This document shows positions 1-9,246 of a DNA stretch of 64,000 bases, in pieces. This DNA is from Candidatus Sumerlaeaceae bacterium. Its GTDB lineage: Bacteria; Sumerlaeota; Sumerlaeia; Sumerlaeales; Sumerlaeaceae. Where the stretch lies: contig JBMFRB010000002.1 of assembly GCA_049968255.1 (NCBI GenBank), forward strand, positions 96,001 through 160,000, read 5' to 3'. How positions within the stretch are numbered: position 1 is the first letter of the stretch; every line of letters begins with the position of its first letter. The notes under the pieces were generated by a model. It searched no databases. It saw only the letters and a list, made by a program, of their open reading frames with translations, and was not told the DNA's origin. The translations under genes and the position numbers were made by a program.

Positions 1-1
1 G

Positions 2-2530
2 CAAACAACGCCAACGTTTTACCATGAGATACGTGATAGTCGCAACAGGGTGGTAAAACCAGCTCGGATTATCGAGCCAAGCGAGAAAAGCCTTGGCGTT
101 CCCGTCCTCAAGGTTGGTGACGCGTTTGGCAGGCAACCGCGCGGCAGTCTCAGCGGCAAAATCGTTTTCTGTTCCGGAGGCCACGGTTGGACATGCGACG
201 TGACCAGCACCAGCCTGTGGTATACGCAGCGCCCGCTGTCGTTTGGCATTGTCGAAGACTACGGCAACATTGATCAATTGAATCTGTTTGCCGACGTTGC
301 CTGGCGTGCCGGCGCCACAATTATTCCCTTTCGTCCCCTTGGACATCAACCAATCGAGCGAGTTCTTGATAACGCGGATAAGTCACATGTGAAGTTTGAT
401 GGGAACTGGTTTGATTCGCGCTCAGCGATTTACTACGGGACCGCTCATGACAAGGTGCCTTACCGCTTCGCAGTTGCCTCGACAACGGACACAGCACGCG
501 CCGTGTATCGGCCGTTTTTGCCAAAGGCCGACTACTATCCCGTGTACTGTTGGGTTCGCGACGGTGCTGACCGTGTACCGCAGACCTATCGCATTTTTCA
601 TGCGGGCGGTGTGACCGAAGTCCAGGTGGATCATCGTCGCGTTGGTAAGGGCTGGGTCTATTTGGGTGAGTACTATTTTAATCGCGGCTGGGATGGGTTT
701 GTCGAAATCAGTAATGTTGTCTCAGATCCGTCTCTCGCAGACGGTCGGCATGTTGTGATTGCCGATGCCATTCGCTTTGGGAACGGCATGGGAGACGTCG
801 ATCGTGGTGGAGGCGTCTCGGGTTATCCGCGCGAAGAGGAAGCTTCGCGATACTGGGTGGAACGTATGCTTCCGGTAGCAGCGCCGCCGATTTTCGATCC
901 ATTTGAAGCTACGGACCAGGATAGTAATGTGGGATGCCCTCCGCGCATGAGTGCTTACATGAATCGTGAGAGCGAAGGAAGCTTCTTCGACCGCATTTAT
1001 GTGGGATTCCACACAAATGCGGTGGGTGGACGTGGTGCAGTCGGACTTTTTGAAAAGGACGAGGATAAACGCACCGACCATCAGGTGGAATTTGCGCAGT
1101 TAGTGGCCCAGCAGCTCAACGAAGATATGTCCACAACAAGATCCTTTTCATGGGCGGCGCCGTGGAATGTGCGGAAAAAGACAACCGATTCACATATTAA
1201 TTTCGGCGAAATCCGCCGCGATGCGCTCAATAACGAAATGTGCGCCACGATTCTCGAAGCTGCCTTCCATGACGAGCCGCTCGATGCGAGCCTGATCCGT
1301 GATCCACGTTTCCGCACAGTTGTGGCCGAGGCCACGACGAAAGCAATCCTTCGCTTCTTCAAATCGCAGAATGCTCTTGGCGGTGACGACAAAATTCCCC
1401 CACACCCGCCGCGGTTTTTAGTCGCGCAAGCGCAAACAAGTTCCAGTGTGTTGTTGAAATGGGAAGCCAGTGAGGATGACGCTCAGCGTTCGACGATGAG
1501 TTACCGTCTTTATCACTCGCCTGATGGTTTTGCCTTTGGTGCCATTGCGGACGTCGGACAAACAACTGGTATTGTGGTGGCGGGGCTTGAACCTGGCCTT
1601 TCGCACTATTTCCGTGTGGCCGCTTACGACGGCAGTGGAGAAAGCGCTCCATCGCGAGTGCTCGGAGCCCGTTCAACCGGAACGACGACCGCGAGTCGCC
1701 ATCTCGTTGTTTCGGCTTTCACGACGTTTAGCGAAGACGTTGTGCTCTCCCAAAGCGTTCCCGCGGGATTAGGCTCGCCTCTGCGGGGAGGCGGCGAATT
1801 TGTTCGGGTTATTCCAAGAAAAATGAATGCTGGCAATTATGTAGCCCATTGGGGCACGGCTCTCGCTGCTGTGGGAGGAGAGTTTGATTCGTGCGATATC
1901 GCTGCTTTGGGCTCGCTCGCTTTGTCTGCAACATCTTACACGTCTGTAATGATTGCGCTCGGCAAACAAAGCCCCAAAGAGAGCTCTTTCAATCCCGCGT
2001 TGCTTGAGAAACTTGATGATTTCCGTAAGCAGGGAGGGGCAATCGTCGTGAGTGGCACAAATGTAGCGCGATGCCTCCGTCCGCTCAAAAGCGCATCTGA
2101 GAGTAAGCCGTCAAAAAAAGCATTGAGTTTTTACTCGTGGTGTCCGGTGGCGACCACGGAGTCGCTCATTGTTAGGTCAGTAGTTGGTCAAGGCGCGACG
2201 GAGTTTGCATCGGCGGAGTTCACCCTCGATGGTGGTGAGGGGGACGCTTATCCTGCCACTGGTTGTGATGGATTGCATCTGGCAGGGAGCAAAGCCCTTC
2301 TTGTGTACAGCACGGGCGCTCGTGAAACCGCATTGCTTTATCTTCCGCGCACGGCAAGGGTTGGTTCTGCAGTCTTTGCGGGATTCCCGCTCGAGTGCAT
2401 TCAGCCGGCCACAGCGCGCAATGATGCATTTGCGCGCCTAATAAAGCTTCTTGGTGCAGCTGAGTCAAAGGGCCGCCCGGGGAAAACGACTTCTCAGAAA
2501 AAGACCAAGACATCGGCGACCCGGCAATGA
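2..2530 (+). CDS. N-acetylmuramoyl-L-alanine amidase (Amidase_3-like) with golvesin/xanthan-lyase-type insert and fibronectin type III domain; 5' partial
   Basis: Frame is open from position 2 with no stop before 50, so the gene is truncated by the window edge. Amidase Zn/catalytic motifs GGHG, VED, FHTNA and LEAAFHD; insert containing GWVYLGEYYF and ADAIRFG; FN3 motifs LKWEA, YRLY and GLEPGLSHYFRVAAYDGSGES. Confidence 0.75.
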   Translation, partial: QTTPTFYHEIRDSRNRVVKPARIIEPSEKSLGVPVLKVGDAFGRQPRGSLSGKIVFCSGGHGWTCDVTSTSLWYTQRPLSFGIVEDYGNIDQLNLFADVAWRAGATIIPFRPLGHQPIERVLDNADKSHVKFDGNWFDSRSAIYYGTAHDKVPYRFAVASTTDTARAVYRPFLPKADYYPVYCWVRDGADRVPQTYRIFHAGGVTEVQVDHRRVGKGWVYLGEYYFNRGWDGFVEISNVVSDPSLADGRHVVIADAIRFGNGMGDVDRGGGVSGYPREEEASRYWVERMLPVAAPPIFDPFEATDQDSNVGCPPRMSAYMNRESEGSFFDRIYVGFHTNAVGGRGAVGLFEKDEDKRTDHQVEFAQLVAQQLNEDMSTTRSFSWAAPWNVRKKTTDSHINFGEIRRDALNNEMCATILEAAFHDEPLDASLIRDPRFRTVVAEATTKAILRFFKSQNALGGDDKIPPHPPRFLVAQAQTSSSVLLKWEASEDDAQRSTMSYRLYHSPDGFAFGAIADVGQTTGIVVAGLEPGLSHYFRVAAYDGSGESAPSRVLGARSTGTTTASRHLVVSAFTTFSEDVVLSQSVPAGLGSPLRGGGEFVRVIPRKMNAGNYVAHWGTALAAVGGEFDSCDIAALGSLALSATSYTSVMIALGKQSPKESSFNPALLEKLDDFRKQGGAIVVSGTNVARCLRPLKSASESKPSKKALSFYSWCPVATTESLIVRSVVGQGATEFASAEFTLDGGEGDAYPATGCDGLHLAGSKALLVYSTGARETALLYLPRTARVGSAVFAGFPLECIQPATARNDAFARLIKLLGAAESKGRPGKTTSQKKTKTSATRQ

Positions 2531-2559
2531 GGCGAACGTATGCTCCAGAGACGGTCAGT

Positions 2560-2853
2560 TCAAAAATCATCGTCGCTTAGACGAATGGGGTGGCGTAGCG
2601 GTCTAAGCAACACCACTTCCGATTTGCGAAAATAGATGTAATGATGAAACGGTGGGTCGTTGTCTTCGTTTCGGATGAGCACGGGCTCCTCAAATTCGCC
2701 CTGAGGTTCTAACCAGCGCACATGGTTGAGCCGGATAAACGCCTGCTCCGGCGCCGCGAAAAAGTCGTCGAGCGAACAGTCCAGCTCCCCAAACCACTCC
2801 TCTGCTTCATGTCCCATGCGAATAGTCACGCCGACCCAAGGCTTTTTTGTCAT
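2560..2853 (-). CDS. small hypothetical protein (97 aa)
   Basis: ATG at 2853 with GAGGA RBS upstream; fills the gap convergent with the amidase gene; protein-like composition. Confidence 0.65.
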   Translation of the reverse strand: MTKKPWVGVTIRMGHEAEEWFGELDCSLDDFFAAPEQAFIRLNHVRWLEPQGEFEEPVLIRNEDNDPPFHHYIYFRKSEVVLLRPLRHPIRLSDDDF

Positions 2854-2974
2854 TGTATGTTCCTCACGAACCACAAGATGAGCTTTCCTCTTTCGATGTG
2901 AGTTGTCTTGCAGATTTCACACCAGCGGATGTAACCCAAGGTGAAACGGTTATTTCCCCTCGGAGCAGTTTGCG

Positions 2975-4558
2975 ATGGCACGAAAGTTCACCTGTGTCTT
3001 GGTTTTCGTCCTTTTCTCGTGGGCTACCCTCTCCTTCACCGCAGATTATCGGCTCAGCGACAAAGTGAAGTTCTGGAAGTTTGAAAATGGCTTTCAGGTC
3101 ATTTTTCTCCCGCGGGAAAACACGCCGTTTTTCTCCGCCGTCATTTACGTCAATGTGGGGGCCGTTGACGAATCAGTGGGGGAGTCCGGAATTGCCCATT
3201 TGCTTGAGCACATGGCTTTCAAGGGCACGCCATGGATCGGCACCCGCGACTGGAACGCCGAGCGCGAGAAACTCGTCGAGATCGAGCAATTAGCGCAAGA
3301 AATCCGGGCGCTAGAGAACAAGCACGGCAGCGACGCGGCAACGACATCGCTTTTCCGCCAATTTTCAGAGCTTCAAAAGCAATCCCAGAAATATGTTGTC
3401 CCCAACGAATACGACCGGCTAGTCACGCTTGCCGGCGGACAAGAGGTCAATGCGACCACGAGCAACGACTGCACAAACTATTTCATGACACTGCCGTCAA
3501 ACAAACTCGAGCTTTGGGCAATGCTTGAGAGCGAGCGCCTCCAATATCCGGCCTGGCGCGAGTTTTATAAGGAACGCGACGTGGTGGCCGAAGAGCGTCG
3601 CATGCGAATGGAAGACGACCCTGAGGGGCGACTTTACGAAGAGTTTATTGCCGCAGCTTTCAAGGCCCATCCGTATGGGACGCCCGTGATTGGTTGGATG
3701 TCGGATATCCTGAATCTCACAGTCTCCGATATGGTGTCTTTTTATCGCCGCTGGTATGTGCCGCAGAATATGGTGGCAGTTATCGTGGGCAATGTCAGCG
3801 AGGAAGAAGCGCGAGAGGTAACGAAAAAGTACTTTGGCACCTTACCACACCGGCCGTCGCCGTCGCGCTTAGCGACGCAAGAACCTCCTCAAACAGCGCT
3901 GCGGGAAGTAAAGCTGTCCGTTGATGCCCAGCCGCAGCTTGTCATGGGATGGCATAAGCCACCGCTGCCTTCCCGGGAGGCCACAGTTTTTGAAGTGCTG
4001 CAGTACGTTCTCACAGATAACGGGCGGTCGTCGCGTTTGTACAGCGAGCTTGTCAAGAAGCGTGGGCTGTGCGAATCCGTAGCTACCTTCACGGCGCCGG
4101 GGGAGAAGTATGGGAATCTTTTCTGCATTTGGGCCACGCCAAAAGCACCGCACACGCCGCAGGATGTGCAACGTGCAGTTTGGGAGGAACTTCACAAACT
4201 GCGAGAGAATGGGGTCACTACCGACGAGTTAGAAATGACGCTTGCGAAAGTTGATACCGCGCTGGTGCAAGAACTCGAGTCCAACCTTGGCTGTGCTCGC
4301 CGAGTGGGTTATTTTTACCTTATTACAGGTGATCCTACGTACCTCGACAAATACCGCGCAGAGATCCGCCGCGTGACAAGCGCTGATATTCAGCGCGTTG
4401 TCAACACATATCTCACGCGGGATCGCGCAACGATCGCCTCTGTCGAAAAGACCCTCCGCACGTTGCCCCCAGCTGACCGCGACGAACCCGAAAAACTTGA
4501 TCGGATTAAGAAGCAGCAACAGCGTGTGCATCCAGAACGAGGAGTCCACGGACGATGA
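2975..4558 (+). CDS. M16B (pitrilysin/insulinase family) zinc peptidase, catalytic subunit, signal peptide
   Basis: Inverted zinc motif GIAHLLEHMAFKG, NATTSND, ERDVVAEERR, HPYGTPVIG; hydrophobic N-terminus. Confidence 0.92.
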   Translation: MARKFTCVLVFVLFSWATLSFTADYRLSDKVKFWKFENGFQVIFLPRENTPFFSAVIYVNVGAVDESVGESGIAHLLEHMAFKGTPWIGTRDWNAEREKLVEIEQLAQEIRALENKHGSDAATTSLFRQFSELQKQSQKYVVPNEYDRLVTLAGGQEVNATTSNDCTNYFMTLPSNKLELWAMLESERLQYPAWREFYKERDVVAEERRMRMEDDPEGRLYEEFIAAAFKAHPYGTPVIGWMSDILNLTVSDMVSFYRRWYVPQNMVAVIVGNVSEEEAREVTKKYFGTLPHRPSPSRLATQEPPQTALREVKLSVDAQPQLVMGWHKPPLPSREATVFEVLQYVLTDNGRSSRLYSELVKKRGLCESVATFTAPGEKYGNLFCIWATPKAPHTPQDVQRAVWEELHKLRENGVTTDELEMTLAKVDTALVQELESNLGCARRVGYFYLITGDPTYLDKYRAEIRRVTSADIQRVVNTYLTRDRATIASVEKTLRTLPPADRDEPEKLDRIKKQQQRVHPERGVHGR

Positions 4559-6165
4559 AACAAATTTTCACTGACCTCTTCCCAAGCCTTACCAGAAAGC
4601 GCTCTTTTTTTTCCACGCTGCTCACCGTCTGCGCGGTCTTGATGACAGCGTTCGCAGTGAATGCGCGCGGAAGCGAGGGTACGTCCGCTCCTCTTGGGCT
4701 ACGCGAACGAATAGACAAGTTATTTCCTCCGCCGTTGGATGCCACAACGAGCGCTAGTGTGGAACGTGGTGGACTACGCCTCCCTGTGCGCCCAGAGCAG
4801 TTACCCGAGCAGCCATTCAAATTTGTGGTTCCTCGCGTCGAGCAAAGGCTGCTCTCCAACGGTACTAAGATTTTTTCATATTCGGCACCTCAGGCGCTCG
4901 GTTTTTATGCTGTGGCCATCATCGAGGCTGGGAGTGTTTGCGACCCACCTGAGAAACTTGGGCTTGCTGAAGTGACGGCGCTTGCGATGCGTTCTGGGGG
5001 AGCTGGCTCCTATTCGTCAGACGAACTAGATCGCCAACTCGATCGGCTCGGCGCGAGTCTAGCTGTGGACGTCCAGCGCGACTATGTCCGATTCACGCTT
5101 TTTTGTCTGCCCGAAAAGGCTCCCGAATCACTTCAGCTGCTAAGGTTCATCTTGATCGCCCCTCGTTTTGAGGTGGCGGCCGTGCAGCGCGAAAAGGCCC
5201 TTTTCAAAGAGCGTCTTGTGCGGGTCGAGGATGATCCAGCTGAGCTAAGTCGGCGGGAGTTCCGGAAGGTTGTTTACGGAACCACCCATCCTCTCGCCAG
5301 AACGCCGCGCATTTCAGACGTGGACAGGCTCTCCAGGGAAGATGTGCGAGCTTTCTATAAAAAATATTACGGTCCGTGGAGCACTCGGATCGGAATTGCT
5401 GCTCTCGACCCAAAATCATGCACAGGAGATAAGATTCAGCTTTTTGAACAGTGGCACGTGCCTGGACAAAAGCCAACAGTCAATCGCGGAACGGTGCCAG
5501 CTGACCTATCTCCCGCTTTTCAAGGACTATATGTTCTGCCTAAGGAGATTGAACAAGTTTACATTCGTATGGGGCACATTGGTCGCCCACGTGACCCCAA
5601 CGATCAACCTGTTGTGGATGTCCTCAACAATGTTTTTGGCACCGGTGGACTTACGAGCCGCCTTATGCAAAAGGTCAGGACGGAGTATGGTCTAGCTTAC
5701 GCTGTGGGGGGAGGAGTGTTTGAAGATAATCCTGCGGGCGTGTTTGCTGCGGTTGGCAGTACGAAAGCGCAGAGTGCCGCCGATGCTTTATCGATCATGC
5801 GCCAAGTAATTGAGGAACTCGCGAAGGTTCCGCCAACGAAGGAAGAGCTAGAAACTGCGAAGCGTGATGCCATGTTCGCATTTTCCAGTCGCTTTGCGTC
5901 ACCTCAAGAAACACTTGTGCAATACATGCTCGCCGATTTGTATGGTTATCCTCCTGACTATCTTTCCAACTACATGGCAAGAGTCGAACAGGTGACGGCA
6001 CACGATGTTCACGCTGCGGCGCAGCGTTATGTAAGGTCTGAGAAATTAGCGGTTCTCGTGCTTGGACGCGAAACAGTTACGGAATCCTTGTCAAAAAAAT
6101 TTGGAAAAGTGACCCCTTGGCAACAACCCAAGAGCAGCGAGTCCGCCAAGCAGCGTAAACGCTGA
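4555..6165 (+). CDS. M16B peptidase non-catalytic partner subunit, signal peptide
   Basis: ATGA overlap with the upstream gene; GLAEVTA replaces HxxEH; SRLMQKVRTEYGLAY (R/Y pair) is typical of the beta subunit. Confidence 0.88.
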   Translation: MKQIFTDLFPSLTRKRSFFSTLLTVCAVLMTAFAVNARGSEGTSAPLGLRERIDKLFPPPLDATTSASVERGGLRLPVRPEQLPEQPFKFVVPRVEQRLLSNGTKIFSYSAPQALGFYAVAIIEAGSVCDPPEKLGLAEVTALAMRSGGAGSYSSDELDRQLDRLGASLAVDVQRDYVRFTLFCLPEKAPESLQLLRFILIAPRFEVAAVQREKALFKERLVRVEDDPAELSRREFRKVVYGTTHPLARTPRISDVDRLSREDVRAFYKKYYGPWSTRIGIAALDPKSCTGDKIQLFEQWHVPGQKPTVNRGTVPADLSPAFQGLYVLPKEIEQVYIRMGHIGRPRDPNDQPVVDVLNNVFGTGGLTSRLMQKVRTEYGLAYAVGGGVFEDNPAGVFAAVGSTKAQSAADALSIMRQVIEELAKVPPTKEELETAKRDAMFAFSSRFASPQETLVQYMLADLYGYPPDYLSNYMARVEQVTAHDVHAAAQRYVRSEKLAVLVLGRETVTESLSKKFGKVTPWQQPKSSESAKQRKR

Positions 6166-6183
6166 AAGGAAAATCAGCAGATC

Positions 6184-7350
6184 ATGGTGCCCGGTTCCTC
6201 ATTGGCCAAGCGCGTAATCGCTTTAGATGTGCGCATGATTGAGCACACAGGAATCGGTGCATACCTGAGAGGGCTGTTACCTCACCTTGTGGCGCTCCGT
6301 GAGCATTACCAAATCCAGTTTGTCTTCCTAGGTCCTCGCCACAAACTGGAGCGATATCATTTCCTTAGGGCAGGAGGGGACATTGTTGACTACGCGGCAC
6401 CAATTTACAGCCTCCTTGAACAAACCCTTTTTCCGCGGCTCGCAGGCGTCGATGCTTACCATTTCCCTCACTACAATGTGCCTCTGACATTTGGTCGTCC
6501 TTTCTTTGTCACGATACATGACCTTATTCCGCTTGTGAGACCTGAGTATAAGGCACAAGTATTTTACCGAGCTATCGTGCGCCTCTTAGTGTTTCACGCG
6601 GCGCAACATGCGCAGAAAGTTTTTGTCCCCAACCCATGGGTGAGAGAAGAGCTTATTCAGGAATTTCGCATTGCGGAGAATAAGATTACGGTTTTGCCCT
6701 ATGCACCGCCTGACTACTTGACGACGCCTGCGGGACACTTGGTAGAAGCCACCCTTCATCGCTTTCAGCTTACACAGCCTTATCTTCTGTGCGTCAGCCT
6801 CCACAAACCACATAAAAACTTAGATTTTTTACTGCGCTCCTTCTTTTGCCTAACCAAAGACCGCGGTTTAGGGAGAGAGCTCAAATTAGTTATTGGTGGC
6901 CTTCGTGCAAAGGATGTGCTCGCTCTCGAGGACAGAATCCGGGAACTGCAAGCACTAGAGCAAAGCAATCGTGTGATCTTGATATCAGAATATTTATCGC
7001 CATCCGAGCTTGCCTGCCTCTATGCGGGGGCGCTGGCAGTTGTGACCACATCGCTTCTGGAAGGCTTCGGTCTGCCGATTGTGGAAGCGCAGAAGCTGGG
7101 AGTGCCAGTCATTGCGCCAGATCTACCATGGGCTCGTCACACCGCGGGCGATGGAGCGCTCTTTTTCGCGCCCTATCAGCTCGAATCGCTTGTCGAGGCC
7201 GTTCTCGCGGTTGCCAATGATGCGAATTTGCGCGAACAAATCATCACTCGTGGGCACGCAAACGTTTCACGCTTTAGCTGGGCCCAAACAGCCAGATTCA
7301 TCATGCAGGCTTACGACGAGTCTATTGCGGCGATGCACTCTCATGCGTAA
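6184..7350 (+). CDS. glycosyltransferase family 4 (GT-B, MtfB-like)
   Basis: TGIGAY, VTIHDLIP, KPHKNL, EGFGLPIVEA, FSWAQTA. Confidence 0.92.
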   Translation: MVPGSSLAKRVIALDVRMIEHTGIGAYLRGLLPHLVALREHYQIQFVFLGPRHKLERYHFLRAGGDIVDYAAPIYSLLEQTLFPRLAGVDAYHFPHYNVPLTFGRPFFVTIHDLIPLVRPEYKAQVFYRAIVRLLVFHAAQHAQKVFVPNPWVREELIQEFRIAENKITVLPYAPPDYLTTPAGHLVEATLHRFQLTQPYLLCVSLHKPHKNLDFLLRSFFCLTKDRGLGRELKLVIGGLRAKDVLALEDRIRELQALEQSNRVILISEYLSPSELACLYAGALAVVTTSLLEGFGLPIVEAQKLGVPVIAPDLPWARHTAGDGALFFAPYQLESLVEAVLAVANDANLREQIITRGHANVSRFSWAQTARFIMQAYDESIAAMHSHA

Positions 7351-8638
7351 TGCGATGCTGTGACATTTCCTTTATCCTGGGCCCGAGTGCGTTTGCAATT
7401 GTTTCTCCCAGCAGACGAGAGAACTGCGGTGAGTAGTGGACCATGTCCAAGTAAACAGGATCCGGTGCCGTGGTTTGAAGATCTGCAGCCCACAGAAAAT
7501 TCTGCCCCAGCTTGCCTTCCTCGTACAATTGTCTCATTTTCGGATAGCCAAAGGCTGAGAACATCTTTTTGCAGTCCTTTGGAAATAGATGCCGGCGAAG
7601 ATCAAAATGATAAGATGGAACGGGCTGCCAGACAAAAAGTGTTGAGAAGCGGAATTGCTCGCCGGCGCCTTCTATCATTCTCTTGTTGGCTAAGTAGGTC
7701 GAAATAACTTTGCCGATCACTTCGGGACGATTGAAATAGGCCACGTCCGCTTGCGTGAGAGCGTTTGGATCATCGCCGTCGGCCACGGCAAATCCGTGTT
7801 CTTTTTTTCCCATCAATTGTAATAAGCGAATGAGAGGGAGCTGTTTCGCTGCGGCAGCCCATGGCGACGGGGGAGGCTTTTCGGCCACAATAATGTCCAA
7901 CATTTCTGAAAGTTGAGATGAGTACTTCGGCACGTTATCAATATAAAAAAACTCATTGAGTCCGTCTATAAACACAGCCACATCCGGCACATATCCCTCG
8001 CTGAGAAGGAATTGTAAGTAAGCACGTTCCTGCGAAGAATAGAAAGAGTTTGTTCCGAAGTTATAAACGACAATACGTTGAGTTGGAAACGTACGCCGAA
8101 GTGAGTCTTGAATCGCAGAAGGAACGGTTTGCCAGTCCGCTACACCGTAGCCAAAGGTCGTTGACCCACCAAAGATAAAAATATTAATGTTTTTGCGAGA
8201 AGGTGGCCAAGGTTCTTGGTCTTTGCTGTAACGGAATCCCCATTCGTCGATATTCACATATTGGCCCCTGTAAGGACGCTCGCGGAACAACGTGAAGGGA
8301 TGAAAAGCAACCGGACGACCCCATGTTTCCGTCAGCAATTTGTCCACTTCATTTCGTGGCATGTTTTCGTAGACTAGCCGAAATGCTTTTTCCGCTGCTT
8401 CTGGGCCATAGCGATCAACGATCGGATTCCATGAAACATAGGGACGCGTTGGCCGTGTGATCAGCACCACCCACGCTAAAATATTGAGCACGATGGCAGC
8501 GATGAGAAGATTGAAACAGAAAAGCGAGACACGTGCGTACTTCCTTGCGAAGCTCTGAACCGAGCTGCGCAAATGTTCGTCAGGAGAAAAGGCCGTCCCC
8601 TTGGGCGGTAGGGTATGCGTGTTTTGCTCTTTTTCCAT
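7322..8638 (-). CDS. membrane-anchored SGNH/GDSL hydrolase-like protein
   Basis: N-terminal TM helix; FGGSTTFG (block I), DGLNE (block III), DMVH (DxxH). Start chosen at ATG 8638. Confidence 0.8.
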   Translation of the reverse strand: MEKEQNTHTLPPKGTAFSPDEHLRSSVQSFARKYARVSLFCFNLLIAAIVLNILAWVVLITRPTRPYVSWNPIVDRYGPEAAEKAFRLVYENMPRNEVDKLLTETWGRPVAFHPFTLFRERPYRGQYVNIDEWGFRYSKDQEPWPPSRKNINIFIFGGSTTFGYGVADWQTVPSAIQDSLRRTFPTQRIVVYNFGTNSFYSSQERAYLQFLLSEGYVPDVAVFIDGLNEFFYIDNVPKYSSQLSEMLDIIVAEKPPPSPWAAAAKQLPLIRLLQLMGKKEHGFAVADGDDPNALTQADVAYFNRPEVIGKVISTYLANKRMIEGAGEQFRFSTLFVWQPVPSYHFDLRRHLFPKDCKKMFSAFGYPKMRQLYEEGKLGQNFLWAADLQTTAPDPVYLDMVHYSPQFSRLLGETIANALGPRIKEMSQHRITHESASPQ

Positions 8639-8715
8639 TGCCGTAAAGCGGTTCTCTTTCGCTAGCGTACTAAGGTAGTGCAAACAACGGAAGACTATTG
8701 AGCAAGAAAAGACCA

Positions 8716-9138
8716 ATGATCAAACGTGTACCATTGTTTGCTCGAATGATTGCTCGAACAATGGCCATGCTGGGCGCTGCCGTTTTTGTGTGCACGGCGC
8801 AGGACGGTCTTTATGCGCAGTACACACCTGACATTGAGTTGTGGTTGGGAGAACGGATAGGTCGCTTTGGCGACTTTGAGTTTTCGATTCTCGGCGGGCG
8901 TCCCGATTATCCCACGCCTACGGGGGCGTTCGTGGTTGAGTGGAAGTCCCGTTCCTGGTGGTCGAAGCAGTGGAATGCACCCATGCCTTATTCCGTCTTC
9001 TTTCGTAACGGGGCCGCAATCCACGAAGGCAGTCTCTCAGTCCCTAGTCACGGATGCATCCATGTCAACCAGAAGGCTGCTCGTTATATCTTTGAAAACT
9101 CGCGCGAAGGGGTCACGCGTGTTTTTGTCTACCCATAG
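8716..9138 (+). CDS. L,D-transpeptidase (YkuD domain), minimal, exported
   Basis: PTPTGAF, MPYSVFF, AIHEG and SHGCIHV catalytic motif. Start uncertain (8698-8761). Confidence 0.88.
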   Translation: MIKRVPLFARMIARTMAMLGAAVFVCTAQDGLYAQYTPDIELWLGERIGRFGDFEFSILGGRPDYPTPTGAFVVEWKSRSWWSKQWNAPMPYSVFFRNGAAIHEGSLSVPSHGCIHVNQKAARYIFENSREGVTRVFVYP

Positions 9139-9246
9139 TGAAATGGCTTTTGGGAACCGCAGTCTCCGGTTTCCCAGAATGCAAAAACGCCTCTGCATAA
9201 AATCGTTTGCCCCCGATAATTCTTGCACACTGAAATCTTCCCTGTG

